Positions 1 through 10,002 are shown, numbered from the stretch's first letter. The stretch is 64,000 nt of DNA from a bacterium (GCA_041946805.1 JBHGBC010000002.1:64001-128000), one strand, 5' to 3'. The notes: generated by a model not told the origin, from the letters alone. Numbers and translations: made by a program.

Positions 1-643
1 TCAACAGGCTGCCGTCCGGCCGGACCGCGACCGTCGGATAGGTGGGCCGCTCAGGGACCTCGCCCGGCTTCACCAACACGATGCGCTCCGGCCAGGTTTC
101 GCCCTCGTCCGTGCTGATGTACAACGCCAGACCCTGGGGATGGTAGGCCGGCATCAGCAATTTTCCATAGTGGCAGAGGAGGTGCGTGCTGCAGCCCTGG
201 TGGCCCCGGCGGCTGTAGCGGTCGATGCTTCCCCGGTTTTCGTAGGTGTGCCCGCAGTCCCGGCTGATCAGCAGCTTGCTGCCCATGATGTTCTCGCCGC
301 GCACCACGCCCAGGCGGCGCAGCCCCACGCGCTGGATCACCATGAGGATTTTGCCCTCGGGCGTTTGGCCGAAGGCGGGATTGCGGGCTCCGAAACCCTG
401 GCGCGTCTCTTCGTAAATGATTCCCTCGTCGGTCCAGGTCACGCCTCCATCGGTGCTGCGGCGTTGGCGGATCACCGACTCGCGGCCCGGATCGTCCAGC
501 GCGTCCTGGTAGGCCACGATCCAATCCCCCTGGAGGCATTGGGTCACGCACGGTCCGTGCAGAAAACGCGCCCGGCCCACGTCGACCGCGTACGGGCCTT
601 CCACCTGGTACCGGATCCGGTACCGGGAATCGGTGAACGTCAT
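1..643 (-). CDS. BNR/Asp-box (sialidase-like beta-propeller) protein, partial; runs off the window start
   Basis: Not in the ORF track. Manual translation from ATG 643 (alternative ATG 667) gives MTFTDSRYRIRYQ...RRSTDGGVTW...ISRDCGHTY...YISTDEGETWP...PTYPTVAVRPDGSLL with three Asp-box-like motifs and no stop before base 1. Confidence 0.8.
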   Translation of the reverse strand, partial: MTFTDSRYRIRYQVEGPYAVDVGRARFLHGPCVTQCLQGDWIVAYQDALDDPGRESVIRQRRSTDGGVTWTDEGIIYEETRQGFGARNPAFGQTPEGKILMVIQRVGLRRLGVVRGENIMGSKLLISRDCGHTYENRGSIDRYSRRGHQGCSTHLLCHYGKLLMPAYHPQGLALYISTDEGETWPERIVLVKPGEVPERPTYPTVAVRPDGSLL

Positions 644-925
644 GGTTTTCCGTTGGGAACGCTTCATGCTTCCCCGCTCCTGTCCGGGCCCTTCATCTTC
701 CCGCAAGTTGTGGAGAAATCAAAGAGTGGAGCCAGGGAGAGAGGGAAGGCGAACGCTGGGTGTGTTTTTTCGTGCCCGATGTTGAAACCCGCGGCAGCCC
801 ATCGGGATCCCCCGCGGGAATGGGGATGAGAGGCCCGGCCACCCATGGAAGCCGTCTAGGGTTGGGCGGATAGGTTGGATTACGCCGCGCTGACCCGTCC
901 AACCTTTCTGTGAGGGAGGAATCGT

Positions 926-955
926 GATGGGTTACGCTTTGCTAACCCATCCCAC
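926..955. repeat. REP-like palindrome, family A (GATGGGTTACGCTTCGCTAACCCATCCTAC type)
   Basis: gatgggttacgctttgctaacccatcccac. Related copies at 872-905, 1964-1994, 9252-9281, 10035-10068, 18383-18416, 18506-18540, 20592-20630 and 63761-63791, all intergenic. Confidence 0.8.
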
Positions 956-1011
956 GATGATTGAGGACGGTTGTGGTAGGATCGGGGCATTTCACCTCCG
1001 GGAGGCGAATC

Positions 1012-1956
1012 ATGAAAGGTGCTATCCGATATGTCGTGGTTTTGATCTGGATTGGATCGCTCTTCGTTCCCACGGCCGGCTGGGGAGAGGATTTTGCCGG
1101 ATATGAGCTGCTGGTCACCTCCATCCGCACGGGCAATCCGGACATTTTTCTCGTGAATCCCGAAACCGGCGACGCCCGCAATCTCACCCGCCACCCGGCC
1201 GACGACCGCTACCCGGCCTGGGCGCCCGATGGCCGCCGGTTCACGTTCACCTCGGACCGGGACGGCGCGTTCAACATCTATGCCGCGGATTCCGAGGGCG
1301 GCCGCCTCTTCCAGTTGACTCACGAGAAATCTCCCACCGTTTGCTTCTATCCCACCTGGGCGGCCAACGGCACGATCGCGTTCGGGAGGGACACGGGCGG
1401 GAAGGTGGAGATCCGGCTTATGAAGGAGGATGGCTCCGAGCCGCGTTTCGTGGGGCCGGGAACCGATCCGTGTCTGTCTCCCGACGGCCGGCGGATCGCC
1501 TTCACCCGGAAGGCGGGCCAGGGATTTTGCGTCTTCGTGATGGACGCGGACGGGGGGAATGTCCGGCCGATCAGCACGCGTGAAAACGAGTTGGGAGCCG
1601 TGGTTCCCACGTTTTCGCCCGACGGAACGCGGATCCTATACAGCGATCAGGTGGGCGGCGCGCTGGAAATTTTCGTTTGCGATGCTCAAGAAGGAAATCC
1701 CAGGCAACTAACGTTCCTGGGGAAGCTCAGCACCTCGGCGGCCTGGTCTCCGGATGGGCGGTGGATCACGTTCCGCGTGACGGAATCCGCCTTTTGGCGG
1801 GACACGGCCGAGCGGGAGAAAGCCTACCGGGAGAAACGCGGCGACCTGCGCCCGGTGTATCTCATGGGCGGGGATGGAGCGGATCCCCATGTGATCGAGA
1901 CACTGCGGTATCAGTGCGCGGTGGATGGCAGCCGCGCCGTCTGGCGGCCGGACTAG
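1012..1956 (+). CDS. TolB-like PD40-repeat beta-propeller protein, secreted
   Basis: Repeated PAWAPDG/PCLSPDG/PTFSPDG/AAWSPDG motifs. Signal peptide after ATG 1012, preceded by GGAGG. Confidence 0.85.
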   Translation: MKGAIRYVVVLIWIGSLFVPTAGWGEDFAGYELLVTSIRTGNPDIFLVNPETGDARNLTRHPADDRYPAWAPDGRRFTFTSDRDGAFNIYAADSEGGRLFQLTHEKSPTVCFYPTWAANGTIAFGRDTGGKVEIRLMKEDGSEPRFVGPGTDPCLSPDGRRIAFTRKAGQGFCVFVMDADGGNVRPISTRENELGAVVPTFSPDGTRILYSDQVGGALEIFVCDAQEGNPRQLTFLGKLSTSAAWSPDGRWITFRVTESAFWRDTAEREKAYREKRGDLRPVYLMGGDGADPHVIETLRYQCAVDGSRAVWRPD

Positions 1957-2019
1957 TTGGCATGGATGGGTTACGCTGCACTAACCCATCCTACGGTTTT
2001 AGATCCTACGTTATTGGAT

Positions 2020-3204
2020 TCATGGCTGGATAGTCAGTTCCTCCCATACCGGAATCTCGACCGTCATGAGGTCGTAATTGCCAAAATAGCCGGAGGCGAA
2101 GAGCACCCGGCGGCCGTCGGGGCTGATGGACTGATGCGTGTGGATGTTCTTCTGGGGGCGGTGCCCCTGGGTCAGCAGGCGGGTTTGGACCAGGGCGATG
2201 TCGATCAGGATCAGCTCGCCCTGAAAGGTGTCCACCACCGCGTAGCGCTGATCGGGCGTGCCGCAAACATGCCAGTTGGGGCCGCGGTAATGCATCACCG
2301 CCTCGCGGTCCGGATACCGCACGGAGGCCACGCCGAACGGTTGGTTGCCCATCTTGGCGGTCTCCTCGGAGATGTTGAACAACGCGCGGTCCATGCCCCA
2401 CCAGGTTTCATGCGTCACCCACTCGTCCGGGGTTTCCTGGTAGAACGGCATGTTGCCGGAGCCGTCAGAGCGCGTTACCCACAGGCGCTGGGGCGCGTCG
2501 CCGCCGGTCTCGTGGCAATACATGACCAGGCCGGGGACCACGGGATTGGCCTGCACGTGACCGGTCATGAACGGCGTTTTCAAGAACCGCGTCCACTCGC
2601 CGGTGGCCAGATTCAGCTTGAGCAAGAACCACTCGTCCGTCTTGCGGTCCCGGCCGCTGGTGTAAAGCCACTGCCCATCGGCATCGACCGAGGGAACATC
2701 CCGGACTTCCAGGTCCCCGGGGAACGCGGCGATCACCGTTTCATACGCCGTGGCCGATTGGACTTCGCCCCGGACGCGGCCGGCGAGCACCGCCCCCGCG
2801 TCGATCCGTTTGACCTGTTGATCCTGAAAGAGGTACATCTCGTTGGCGCGGCGGCCAAGATAGGCGTGACCCACGGGCGAGCCTTGCGTGAGTTGAGTGA
2901 TCACGCCGGTCTCTTCATTGACGGCGAACAACTGGCTGGAACCGGCCCGGTCCGACACGAAGACGATGTGTTTCCCGTCGGCCAGCCAGCTGGGATGCGT
3001 CTGGTAGAGTTTGTTGTCCACTCCGGGCGCGCGAGTTAATGCAGTGATCTGGAGGCCGGTCTTGGCATCCGGAAAGGTCATCTTCTCGCTGGGGAATTGG
3101 GTTCCGGCGCCGGAGGCGGCGGTGATCCGGGAAACAATGATTATCAGCCCAATACACCATGCCCGGAACAGAAAATTCATGATCCCTTGTTTTTTATCAT
3201 TCAT
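2020..3204 (-). CDS. Oligogalacturonate lyase (Ogl)-like beta-propeller protein
   Basis: GTQFPSEKMTFPDAKTG, LYQTHPSW, GHVQANP, YCHETGG, THETWW and HTHQSISPDG motifs resemble the Ogl family. Signal peptide present. Confidence 0.7.
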   Translation of the reverse strand: MNDKKQGIMNFLFRAWCIGLIIIVSRITAASGAGTQFPSEKMTFPDAKTGLQITALTRAPGVDNKLYQTHPSWLADGKHIVFVSDRAGSSQLFAVNEETGVITQLTQGSPVGHAYLGRRANEMYLFQDQQVKRIDAGAVLAGRVRGEVQSATAYETVIAAFPGDLEVRDVPSVDADGQWLYTSGRDRKTDEWFLLKLNLATGEWTRFLKTPFMTGHVQANPVVPGLVMYCHETGGDAPQRLWVTRSDGSGNMPFYQETPDEWVTHETWWGMDRALFNISEETAKMGNQPFGVASVRYPDREAVMHYRGPNWHVCGTPDQRYAVVDTFQGELILIDIALVQTRLLTQGHRPQKNIHTHQSISPDGRRVLFASGYFGNYDLMTVEIPVWEELTIQP

Positions 3205-3347
3205 TGATCTTTCGCTCCCCTCCACCCGCTGGAATGGGTTGTTTCACAATCATCGACAAACGGATCCCGGGGTCAACCGGTGTCCCGGAGCCGCGTAACC
3301 GGGAGGCCGCCAACACAAAAAACCTCTTGCCATTTCCTTTCCGGTGT

Positions 3348-3376
3348 TTTACATCAAAGCAGCGCGGGTGTATAAT
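3348..3376 (+). promoter_or_regulatory. Putative sigma70 promoter for the 3513 gene
   Basis: TTTACA-17 nt-TATAAT in an AT-rich intergenic region. Confidence 0.55.
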
Positions 3377-3512
3377 GGATGGGGTTTGGCGTTCCTTGTA
3401 TTATAAAGTAAAACAGATAGGCCACACAAAAAAATGGATGTAATTTTGTTTTATCCAAATATATGTGTTGTTCCAATTCAAGACAATCGATAAAAAGGAG
3501 GAGGGTATTTTA

Positions 3513-5546
3513 ATGAAACGCATGTTGGGATTGGCTGTGTTTGCTCTCTGGATCGCCCCGCTGGGTTTCGCGGGGGAAAACATCATCCGCCTCGAGTTTT
3601 CCGGCAATACCCCCGAGGCCAACCAAGTCTCCCTGCAGCCCGCGGGATTCGGGCAGTTTCCCGACGCCCCGCTGACGTTCGGCTCCATCCCCACGGATAA
3701 CGCGTTCCCCGGAGCCACCGACGGACGGGGCGTCATCGTGACCGCCGGCCCGGAATCCGGCGTCATGATCTTCGGTCCGGTGATCCAAACCACTCAGCTG
3801 GTGCTGGCGCGGTGCGCGGTGCGGTCGAGCGGGCCGAACGCGCAGGTCACGATCGCCACGATCGACATGGGAAGCAACGTCTTCGTGTCGCAGAATCGGC
3901 CGGAAAACGGGGGATATTTCGCGAATCAATACAGACGCATAGCCACGCTCAGCCTGCCCCGCCCCGCCGGTCTGCAACCGTTGATCCAGGTGTTCAATCC
4001 CAGCACCACCGATCCCTTGACCGTCTATCTCGACAATTTTGAATTCATCCAGCTCGCGGAAGGAACGTTTTATAACGTCGATTTCCTCGACGGGGATGAA
4101 AACGATCCCGCCGTCGTCAGCATCCCCGGCGGGCAGCCACAGCCCACGCCCACCCAGCCTGCGGTCCCCACGGTGACGCCTACCGTTCCCGGAACCGCGC
4201 CGACGCCGACCTGGACCCCGACCCCGGTGACGGAGCCCTCCGGAACCGCGGTGGGATTGCGCCTCACGGCCTGCGATCCGGAGAAGCCCGTGAGCCTCAA
4301 CGCCGACAACCAGGTTTTCCTGCCTGTCCGGATCGATCTGATCGACACGGCCGGCCGCATTGTGAATCCGGGCACCGAAGGGGGAGACAGCGAGAAAGAG
4401 GTGACGGTGACGGTCTCCGGTTCGGCCCTCACCAGCCAGGACAGCAACACGGCCGTCATCACCGTCGACCGGCCGGACGGCAATACCGTGGCCTTGTGGG
4501 ACACGGCGGCCGAGGAAGTCATGGTGACCGCCACGTCGCCCGGCCTGGCCAGCGCCGCCCCGGTGAAGGTGCGGTTCGTGACCGCGGGCGGCATCCAAGG
4601 CCTGATCCGGGCGTGGGATGGCACGGCCTATACCGTTCCCTTCCTGGTCACGGTGAGCGCGGAAGTCTACCAATCGGGCTCCCAGCAGGCGGTTCCGGAC
4701 GCCCGTTTCAACATGGAAATGGATGGCAGTTATACCATCTCCGGCCTGCCCGCCGGATCCTATGACGTGCAGTTCGTGCCTTCGGAACCCATGAGCATTC
4801 CCGGTCTGCCGGACGATTTCGAAATCCCGGGATTCTCCTCGATCCCCTTGCAGTGGGTTTGCGTGAAGGGGATCGCAGTCACGACCGGACAAACCACCAA
4901 GGGGATCAACGTGGACTTGGGTCCCCGGACCGGCGGGGCGAAATTGCACGGCCTCGTGAGCCGGACCGATGGCTTGCCGGTGGAATTCGCGACCGTGGTT
5001 CTGATTCCGGAGGAAAGCAACACGGTCCCCTGTGAACGCAAGGAATGGACGGCCGCGGTGATGAATTTCGAGGGTTCCGCCGATTTCGTGCCGTCGTACA
5101 GTTTCAAGGAAATCCCGGCGGGCCGCTACCGGGTACAATGCATTTCCATCCAGCAAGACAGCCAAGCCACCAATGGCGAGGGTGAGCTGATCACCCTGGC
5201 GGCCGGGCAAGACATGGAACTGAACATCGTGGTGAAACCCATCCTCAACATCACGCCGGAATCCCCCATCGGCTTCAGACGCATCGGCGCGCCGGTGACG
5301 CTGCAATGGAGCGTACCCTCGGGTACGCCGCCGATGACCTACACGGTCAGCGTGATGGACCACTGCATGAACCTGATCTGGACGCAGCAGGTCACGAATC
5401 AGACCCAGGTTAATTACGCGGGTCCGGCGTTGTCCAACCAGGATATGTATACCTGGTACGTGATGGGAGCCTCCGCGGACGGTTCCACCAGCGGCCAGAT
5501 GATGGGATTCACCAATGAGGCCGCGCCGGAGTTTCTGGTGAAGTGA
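3513..5546 (+). CDS. Secreted/surface multidomain protein: unknown N-terminal domain, Pro/Thr linker, Ig-like and carboxypeptidase-regulatory-like domains
   Basis: AGGAGGAGG RBS, signal peptide MKRMLGLAVFALWIAPLGFA, PTPT linker, and DGSYTISGLPAGSYDV / YSFKEIPAGRYRV repeats. Confidence 0.7.
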   Translation: MKRMLGLAVFALWIAPLGFAGENIIRLEFSGNTPEANQVSLQPAGFGQFPDAPLTFGSIPTDNAFPGATDGRGVIVTAGPESGVMIFGPVIQTTQLVLARCAVRSSGPNAQVTIATIDMGSNVFVSQNRPENGGYFANQYRRIATLSLPRPAGLQPLIQVFNPSTTDPLTVYLDNFEFIQLAEGTFYNVDFLDGDENDPAVVSIPGGQPQPTPTQPAVPTVTPTVPGTAPTPTWTPTPVTEPSGTAVGLRLTACDPEKPVSLNADNQVFLPVRIDLIDTAGRIVNPGTEGGDSEKEVTVTVSGSALTSQDSNTAVITVDRPDGNTVALWDTAAEEVMVTATSPGLASAAPVKVRFVTAGGIQGLIRAWDGTAYTVPFLVTVSAEVYQSGSQQAVPDARFNMEMDGSYTISGLPAGSYDVQFVPSEPMSIPGLPDDFEIPGFSSIPLQWVCVKGIAVTTGQTTKGINVDLGPRTGGAKLHGLVSRTDGLPVEFATVVLIPEESNTVPCERKEWTAAVMNFEGSADFVPSYSFKEIPAGRYRVQCISIQQDSQATNGEGELITLAAGQDMELNIVVKPILNITPESPIGFRRIGAPVTLQWSVPSGTPPMTYTVSVMDHCMNLIWTQQVTNQTQVNYAGPALSNQDMYTWYVMGASADGSTSGQMMGFTNEAAPEFLVK

Positions 5547-5576
5547 GGTTCCAGTTCGAATAGGCGGCAAAAGAGA

Positions 5577-5612
5577 AGGGGTGGACCGGTGGTGTCCGCC
5601 CCGGTTTTTTTT
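5577..5612 (+). terminator. Probable intrinsic terminator (REP family C-like hairpin plus T run)
   Basis: ggggtggac-cggtggt-gtccgcccc followed after 2 nt by T8, just downstream of the 5546 stop. Confidence 0.6.
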
Positions 5613-5683
5613 AAGGTAAACAATTTAGGTTCATCCGGGCCGGGCGTGCATGATGAGGATAAGGTAGTCCATCCATTCTATGA

Positions 5684-5752
5684 TGGGGGCGGACACCAAG
5701 GTCCTCCCCTACAATATTCCCTCACCCTAACCCTCTCCCCGAAGGAGAGGGG
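5684..5752. repeat. Composite REP unit: family C (GTAGGGGCGGACC..GTCCGCCC) joined to family B (CCCTCACCCTAACCCTCTCCC..GGGAGAGGG)
   Basis: A near-identical composite occurs inverted at 37813-37879. Confidence 0.75.
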
Positions 5753-5903
5753 ATTTTGGGGTGGTTCTCTTGTATCAACTGGAGGGGATGCAGGTCGAAC
5801 AACTAGATAAAAAACAGTACGTAGTTACCGGAGAAACCTCATTTTTATTAGTTTTTCCACTTTCTCCTGTTCCACTCAATTTATGATTCCACCACTCCCC
5901 CTT

Positions 5904-5931
5904 TTGCAACTCAGTTGCATCCTGCTATAAT
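5904..5931 (+). promoter_or_regulatory. sigma70 promoter overlapped by a 7-1-7 operator (putative Zur box)
   Basis: TTGCAA-16 nt-TATAAT with an extended -10 TG. Perfect palindrome TGCAACT-C-AGTTGCA at 5905-5919, directly upstream of the Fur-family gene. Confidence 0.7.
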
Positions 5932-5946
5932 TCGTACCGCCTGGGA

Positions 5947-6387
5947 ATGGACATGAAAACCGAACCGGATTCTCAACCCGCGGCCGCCCGGCGGATCCTG
6001 GAAACCGCCCGCGTGAAACCTACGCGGGCCCGGCTGATCCTGCTCGGTCTGCTTTTGCGGGAGCATAGCCCTCTCCTCCATGAAGAGATCCACACGCGGC
6101 TTCTGGAGACCGGCATCAATCGGGTCACCCTGTACCGCGCGCTGCAATGCTTCATGGAGGCCGGGATCGTCCACCGCGTCGAGGCCGGGGACCGCTTATG
6201 GCGTTTCGCCGTGTGCCATGACATTCACCATGGGCATTGCCATCCGCATTTCACCTGCCGGGTCTGCGGGCGGGTGGAATGCCTGAGCCAGTGCCTCATG
6301 CCGATGGTCGAGTCCGTGGCTCCCGGGTACCAAATCGAAGAGCAGGAGATTTATCTTCGGGGAATCTGCGCCGGCTGCGCCACGTGA
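5947..6387 (+). CDS. zur: Fur-family regulator, probably Zur
   Basis: VTLYRAL helix, HCHPHFTCRVCG and C-terminal GICAGC. Lies upstream of a zinc ABC transporter. Confidence 0.8.
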   Translation: MDMKTEPDSQPAAARRILETARVKPTRARLILLGLLLREHSPLLHEEIHTRLLETGINRVTLYRALQCFMEAGIVHRVEAGDRLWRFAVCHDIHHGHCHPHFTCRVCGRVECLSQCLMPMVESVAPGYQIEEQEIYLRGICAGCAT

Positions 6388-6437
6388 GAATCCGGCGTTC
6401 CCAGACCGAGCCGCGTCCTGGAGACACAAATCATAAA

Positions 6438-6521
6438 CCCTCGTCCTTGGGCAAGGGGCTGGAGTGAGGGGTATGGTAGAAAGATTTTCCCTCACCCTAC
6501 CCTTTTCCCAGCGGGAGAGGG
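6438..6521. repeat. Inverted doublet of REP family B (REPIN-like) between zur and znuA
   Basis: Reverse copy at 6438-6471 and forward copy at 6489-6521. Other family B copies near 9169, 18462, 25950, 27799, 37813, 50034, 53303, 54521 and 63718. Confidence 0.65.
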
Positions 6522-6606
6522 AAATAACGACTCGCCAACAGTTAACTCCGACGGAGCTTCCGTGGCCGTGATTTCCTTGCGCGAAAGAACGGGAAACAGT
6601 TGTCCG

Positions 6607-7527
6607 ATGAACCGAAAAAAGAAACCTATGTGTCATTGGTGGTCTCTTCCGTCCCGCTGGGCGTGGATCGTCCTGGTTTTCCTGGGGGGGACGCCGGGCC
6701 AGGCCGCGGAGACCAAAATCAATGTCTATGCCAGCATCCCGCCGCACGCCTATTTCGTGGAACGAATCGGCGGCAGCCATGTAAATGTGCTCGTCATGAT
6801 CGGGCCGGGCCAGAATCACGAGACCTACGAACCGGCGCCCCGGCAGATGGTGCAGTTGTCGAAATCCCGTCTTTATTTTCAGGCCGGGCTGCCGTTCGAG
6901 GATGTGTGGCTGCGGCGTATCCAAAGCCTCAATCCGCAACTCAGGGTCGTCGATCTGCGTGAAGGCATCACCCTGCGCCCCCTGGCCGGCCACGCGCAGG
7001 AAGCTGAAGCGGCACCGGAGCCGCGCGCGAAAAACGGCGAATTGAAAGATCCCCATATCTGGCTTAATCCGATGTTTGCCCAAATCCAGGCCCGCGCCAT
7101 CGCCCAGGCCCTGGAGGCGGGGGATCCGGCCCACGCCGCGGAATACCGGAACAACCTGGAACCGTTGCTAACCGATCTGCGGGCCTTGCATGAAGAAATC
7201 ACCAAGCTGCTGACCGGCCCGCGGACCACAAAATTCATCGTATATCACCCTGCCTGGGGTTATTTCGCGGACGCGTACGGCCTGGAACAGATTTCCGTGG
7301 AGGTGGAGGGCAAGGAACCTTCCGCGCAGCAACTGGCGGAGCTGATCGAGACCGCCAAGGCCAACCAGATCAAAACGGTCTTCATCGAGCCACGAATCAG
7401 CCAGAAGTCCGCCGAAACCCTCGCCCAGGAAATCGGGGGGAAAGTGGCGGTCCTCGATCCCCTGGGCAAGGAATATATGGAGAACCTGAAAAAAGCCGCC
7501 CAGACCATCGCCGAGGCCTTGCGATGA
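6607..7527 (+). CDS. znuA: Zinc ABC transporter substrate-binding protein
   Basis: NHETYEP, DPHIWLNP, YHPAWGYF and LDPL metal-ligand motifs. Start uncertain (6607 or 6628). Confidence 0.9.
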   Translation: MNRKKKPMCHWWSLPSRWAWIVLVFLGGTPGQAAETKINVYASIPPHAYFVERIGGSHVNVLVMIGPGQNHETYEPAPRQMVQLSKSRLYFQAGLPFEDVWLRRIQSLNPQLRVVDLREGITLRPLAGHAQEAEAAPEPRAKNGELKDPHIWLNPMFAQIQARAIAQALEAGDPAHAAEYRNNLEPLLTDLRALHEEITKLLTGPRTTKFIVYHPAWGYFADAYGLEQISVEVEGKEPSAQQLAELIETAKANQIKTVFIEPRISQKSAETLAQEIGGKVAVLDPLGKEYMENLKKAAQTIAEALR

Positions 7528-8282
7528 CCTCTCCCGCCTTGATCGAAGTCCAAGACGTGTCGTTCCGTTATGAAACGGATCCGATCCTGGACAGGGTTTC
7601 CCTGCGCGTGGACGAGGGCGATTTCATCGGCCTGATCGGCCCCAACGGCGGGGGCAAGACCACGCTGCTCAAGATCCTGCTGGGACTCCTGACGCCCCAG
7701 CAAGGCCGGGTGCGGGTGATGGGACGGCCTCCCCGCGAAGTTTCCGCCCAAATCGGCTATGTGCCGCAGCAGATTCACTTCGACAAGGAATTTCCCATCA
7801 GCGTGCTCGAGGTCGTGCTGCTCGGCTGCCAGGGGCGCTCGCCGCTCTTCGGCGGATACCGCCGGCGGGAACGGGAGACGGCCGAGCAGGCGCTGCGGGA
7901 AGTGGATCTGCTGCCCTTCCGCCACCGGCGTTTCGGAACGCTCTCGGGAGGTCAGCGCCAGCGGGTGCTCATCGCGCGCGCCCTGGCCGGCCGGCCCCGC
8001 CTGCTGATCATGGACGAACCCACCGCCAACGTGGACAGCCTGTCACAGCAGCAGATTTACGATTGGCTGCATCAAATCAACGAGAAATGCACGATTATCC
8101 TGGTTTCGCACGACCTGGGCGTGGTCTCGGCCCATGTCACGCGGGTGGCGTGCCTCAACCGGCGGATGGTGATTCATCCAACGACCGCCATCACCGATTC
8201 CATGATCCAGGATATCTACCAATCGCACGTCCACCTGGTCGATCACGACAACATTCTTCAAACCAAAGATCCAACGGCATAA
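7524..8282 (+). CDS. znuC: Zinc ABC transporter ATP-binding protein
   Basis: GPNGGGKTT, LSGGQRQR, DEPT and SHD motifs. ATGA overlap with znuA. Confidence 0.92.
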   Translation: MTSPALIEVQDVSFRYETDPILDRVSLRVDEGDFIGLIGPNGGGKTTLLKILLGLLTPQQGRVRVMGRPPREVSAQIGYVPQQIHFDKEFPISVLEVVLLGCQGRSPLFGGYRRRERETAEQALREVDLLPFRHRRFGTLSGGQRQRVLIARALAGRPRLLIMDEPTANVDSLSQQQIYDWLHQINEKCTIILVSHDLGVVSAHVTRVACLNRRMVIHPTTAITDSMIQDIYQSHVHLVDHDNILQTKDPTA

Positions 8283-8297
8283 GACGGGAGCGCGGCC

Positions 8298-9143
8298 TTG
8301 AGTGAATTTTTCGAGGTTCTGTGGAACCAGCCCTTCATGCAGCACGCTTTTCTCACGGGGATCCTCGCCAGCCTCGCCTGCGGCGTCATCGGCTCGTATG
8401 TCGTCGTGAAGCGGATCGTGTTCATCAGCGGGGGGATCTCCCATTCCGTGCTGGCGGGGATGGGGCTGGCCTGTTACCTGGGATATCCTCCGCTGCCCGG
8501 CGCGGTGCTGTTCGCCCTGTTCTCGGCGTTACTCATCGGGATCATCAGTCTGCGCACCCGCCAACGCGAGGACACCATCATCGGGGCGGTCTGGGCCGTG
8601 GGGATGGCCGCCGGACTCATTTTCATCTCCCTCACGCCCGGCTACAACGCGGACCTCATGAGCTACCTCTTCGGGAATATCCTCATGGTTTCCCGCGAGG
8701 ACCTGCTGATCATCTCCGCCCTCGATTTGCTCATCTTTCTGCTTGTCTTTCTCTTCCATAAACAATTTCTCGCCGTGTGCTTCGACGAGGAATACGCCCG
8801 GCTGCAGGGCGTCCGCGTGGACGCCGTGTATCTCCTGCTGCTCTGCCTCATCGCCCTGACCATCGTGGTGCTCATCCAGGTGACCGGCATCATTCTGGTG
8901 CTCGCCCTGCTCACCCTGCCCGCCGCGTCCGCCTCCCACTACGCCCGGAGCCTGCTGCCCATGATGATCATCGCCACCGGAGTGGGCATGGTCTGCACCT
9001 CGGCGGGACTCTTCCTCTCGTACGAACCGAACCTCCCCACCGGGGCGGCTATCGTGATGACCGCCGGCGTGATTTATCTGATTTCCACGGTGGTTCACGC
9101 GCTGTGGTTGTTCCGCCAACGGAGGCAACACAGCCGGGCCTGA
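8298..9143 (+). CDS. znuB: Zinc ABC transporter permease
   Basis: ABC-3 motifs GISHSVLAG, DLMSYLFGNIL and FDEEYARLQG. Confidence 0.92.
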   Translation: MSEFFEVLWNQPFMQHAFLTGILASLACGVIGSYVVVKRIVFISGGISHSVLAGMGLACYLGYPPLPGAVLFALFSALLIGIISLRTRQREDTIIGAVWAVGMAAGLIFISLTPGYNADLMSYLFGNILMVSREDLLIISALDLLIFLLVFLFHKQFLAVCFDEEYARLQGVRVDAVYLLLLCLIALTIVVLIQVTGIILVLALLTLPAASASHYARSLLPMMIIATGVGMVCTSAGLFLSYEPNLPTGAAIVMTAGVIYLISTVVHALWLFRQRRQHSRA

Positions 9144-9214
9144 CGCGTGAAGGGCGCCCCGATAAAATTCATCACCCCGGCCTTCTTACAGAGGGAGAGG
9201 GGGATTGTCTGAAT

Positions 9215-9250
9215 CAGGATGGTCAGGATGGACAAGATGAGCAGGATGGT
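9215..9250. repeat. 9-bp tandem repeat x4 (CAGGATGGT-like)
   Basis: caggatggt caggatgga caagatgag caggatggt, between family B and family A REPs. Confidence 0.7.
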
Positions 9251-9315
9251 TGATGGGTTACGCTTCGCTAACCCATCCCACAAGGCGAATCGACACTCAT
9301 TCAGGAGGGACGGCC

Positions 9316-10002
9316 GTGGATCCGGGACAATTGGTCAAACGAAGCTTCGACAAGGCGGCGGAAAAGTATGATCAGGACCGCCGGAAATTGATCCCCTGTT
9401 TCGATGAGTTCTATGCCGCCATCCTCGAGCTCATCCCCTTCCCTCCTGACGCCTCCCCGCGCGTGCTCGACCTGGGCGCGGGCACGGGCATCCTCTCCGC
9501 CTTCCTCGCGGAGGCATTTCCCCAGGCGCGGATCACGGCCGCCGATTTTTCCGAAAAGATGTTGTATCAGGCCCGCCGGCGCTTTGCCGCTCAACCGGAC
9601 CGGGTGGAGTTATTACTGCTGGATTACGCGAAGGAGGATTTGCCGGGGAATTTCGACGCCATTGTCTCGGCCATGTCCATCCATCACCTGACCGAGCCGG
9701 AAAAAAGAGCCTTGTATGGGAAAATATTCGGAGCCTTGCGCACGGGGGGAATCTTCATCAACGCCGATCAGGTTTTGGGACCCACGCCCGAGATCGAGCG
9801 GCAGTATCACGCCGTCTGGTTGCGGCAAACCCGCGCAAAAGGCATCGATGAAACCAGCCTGGCGGAATGCCTGGAACGCATGAAGGAAGACAAGCAAAAT
9901 CCGCTGCTCGACCAGCTGGCCTGGCTGCGGGAAACCGGGTTCCAACCGGTGGATTGCGCGTACAAGAATTTCCGTTTCGCGGTGTTCTGGGGGAGGAAGT
10001 GA
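9316..10002 (+). CDS. Class I SAM-dependent methyltransferase (CmoA-like)
   Basis: VLDLGAGTG, SAMSIHHL and GGIFINAD motifs. GTG start after AGGAGG. Confidence 0.85.
   Translation: MDPGQLVKRSFDKAAEKYDQDRRKLIPCFDEFYAAILELIPFPPDASPRVLDLGAGTGILSAFLAEAFPQARITAADFSEKMLYQARRRFAAQPDRVELLLLDYAKEDLPGNFDAIVSAMSIHHLTEPEKRALYGKIFGALRTGGIFINADQVLGPTPEIERQYHAVWLRQTRAKGIDETSLAECLERMKEDKQNPLLDQLAWLRETGFQPVDCAYKNFRFAVFWGRK

Noticed and set aside
51..829. ORF-track calls 51-551 (-) and 140-829 (+)
   Set aside because: The real gene is the Asp-box protein in another minus frame that runs off the window edge.
961..1956. Calling the PD40 protein tolB
   Set aside because: No TolB N-terminal domain and no tolQRA/pal neighbours.
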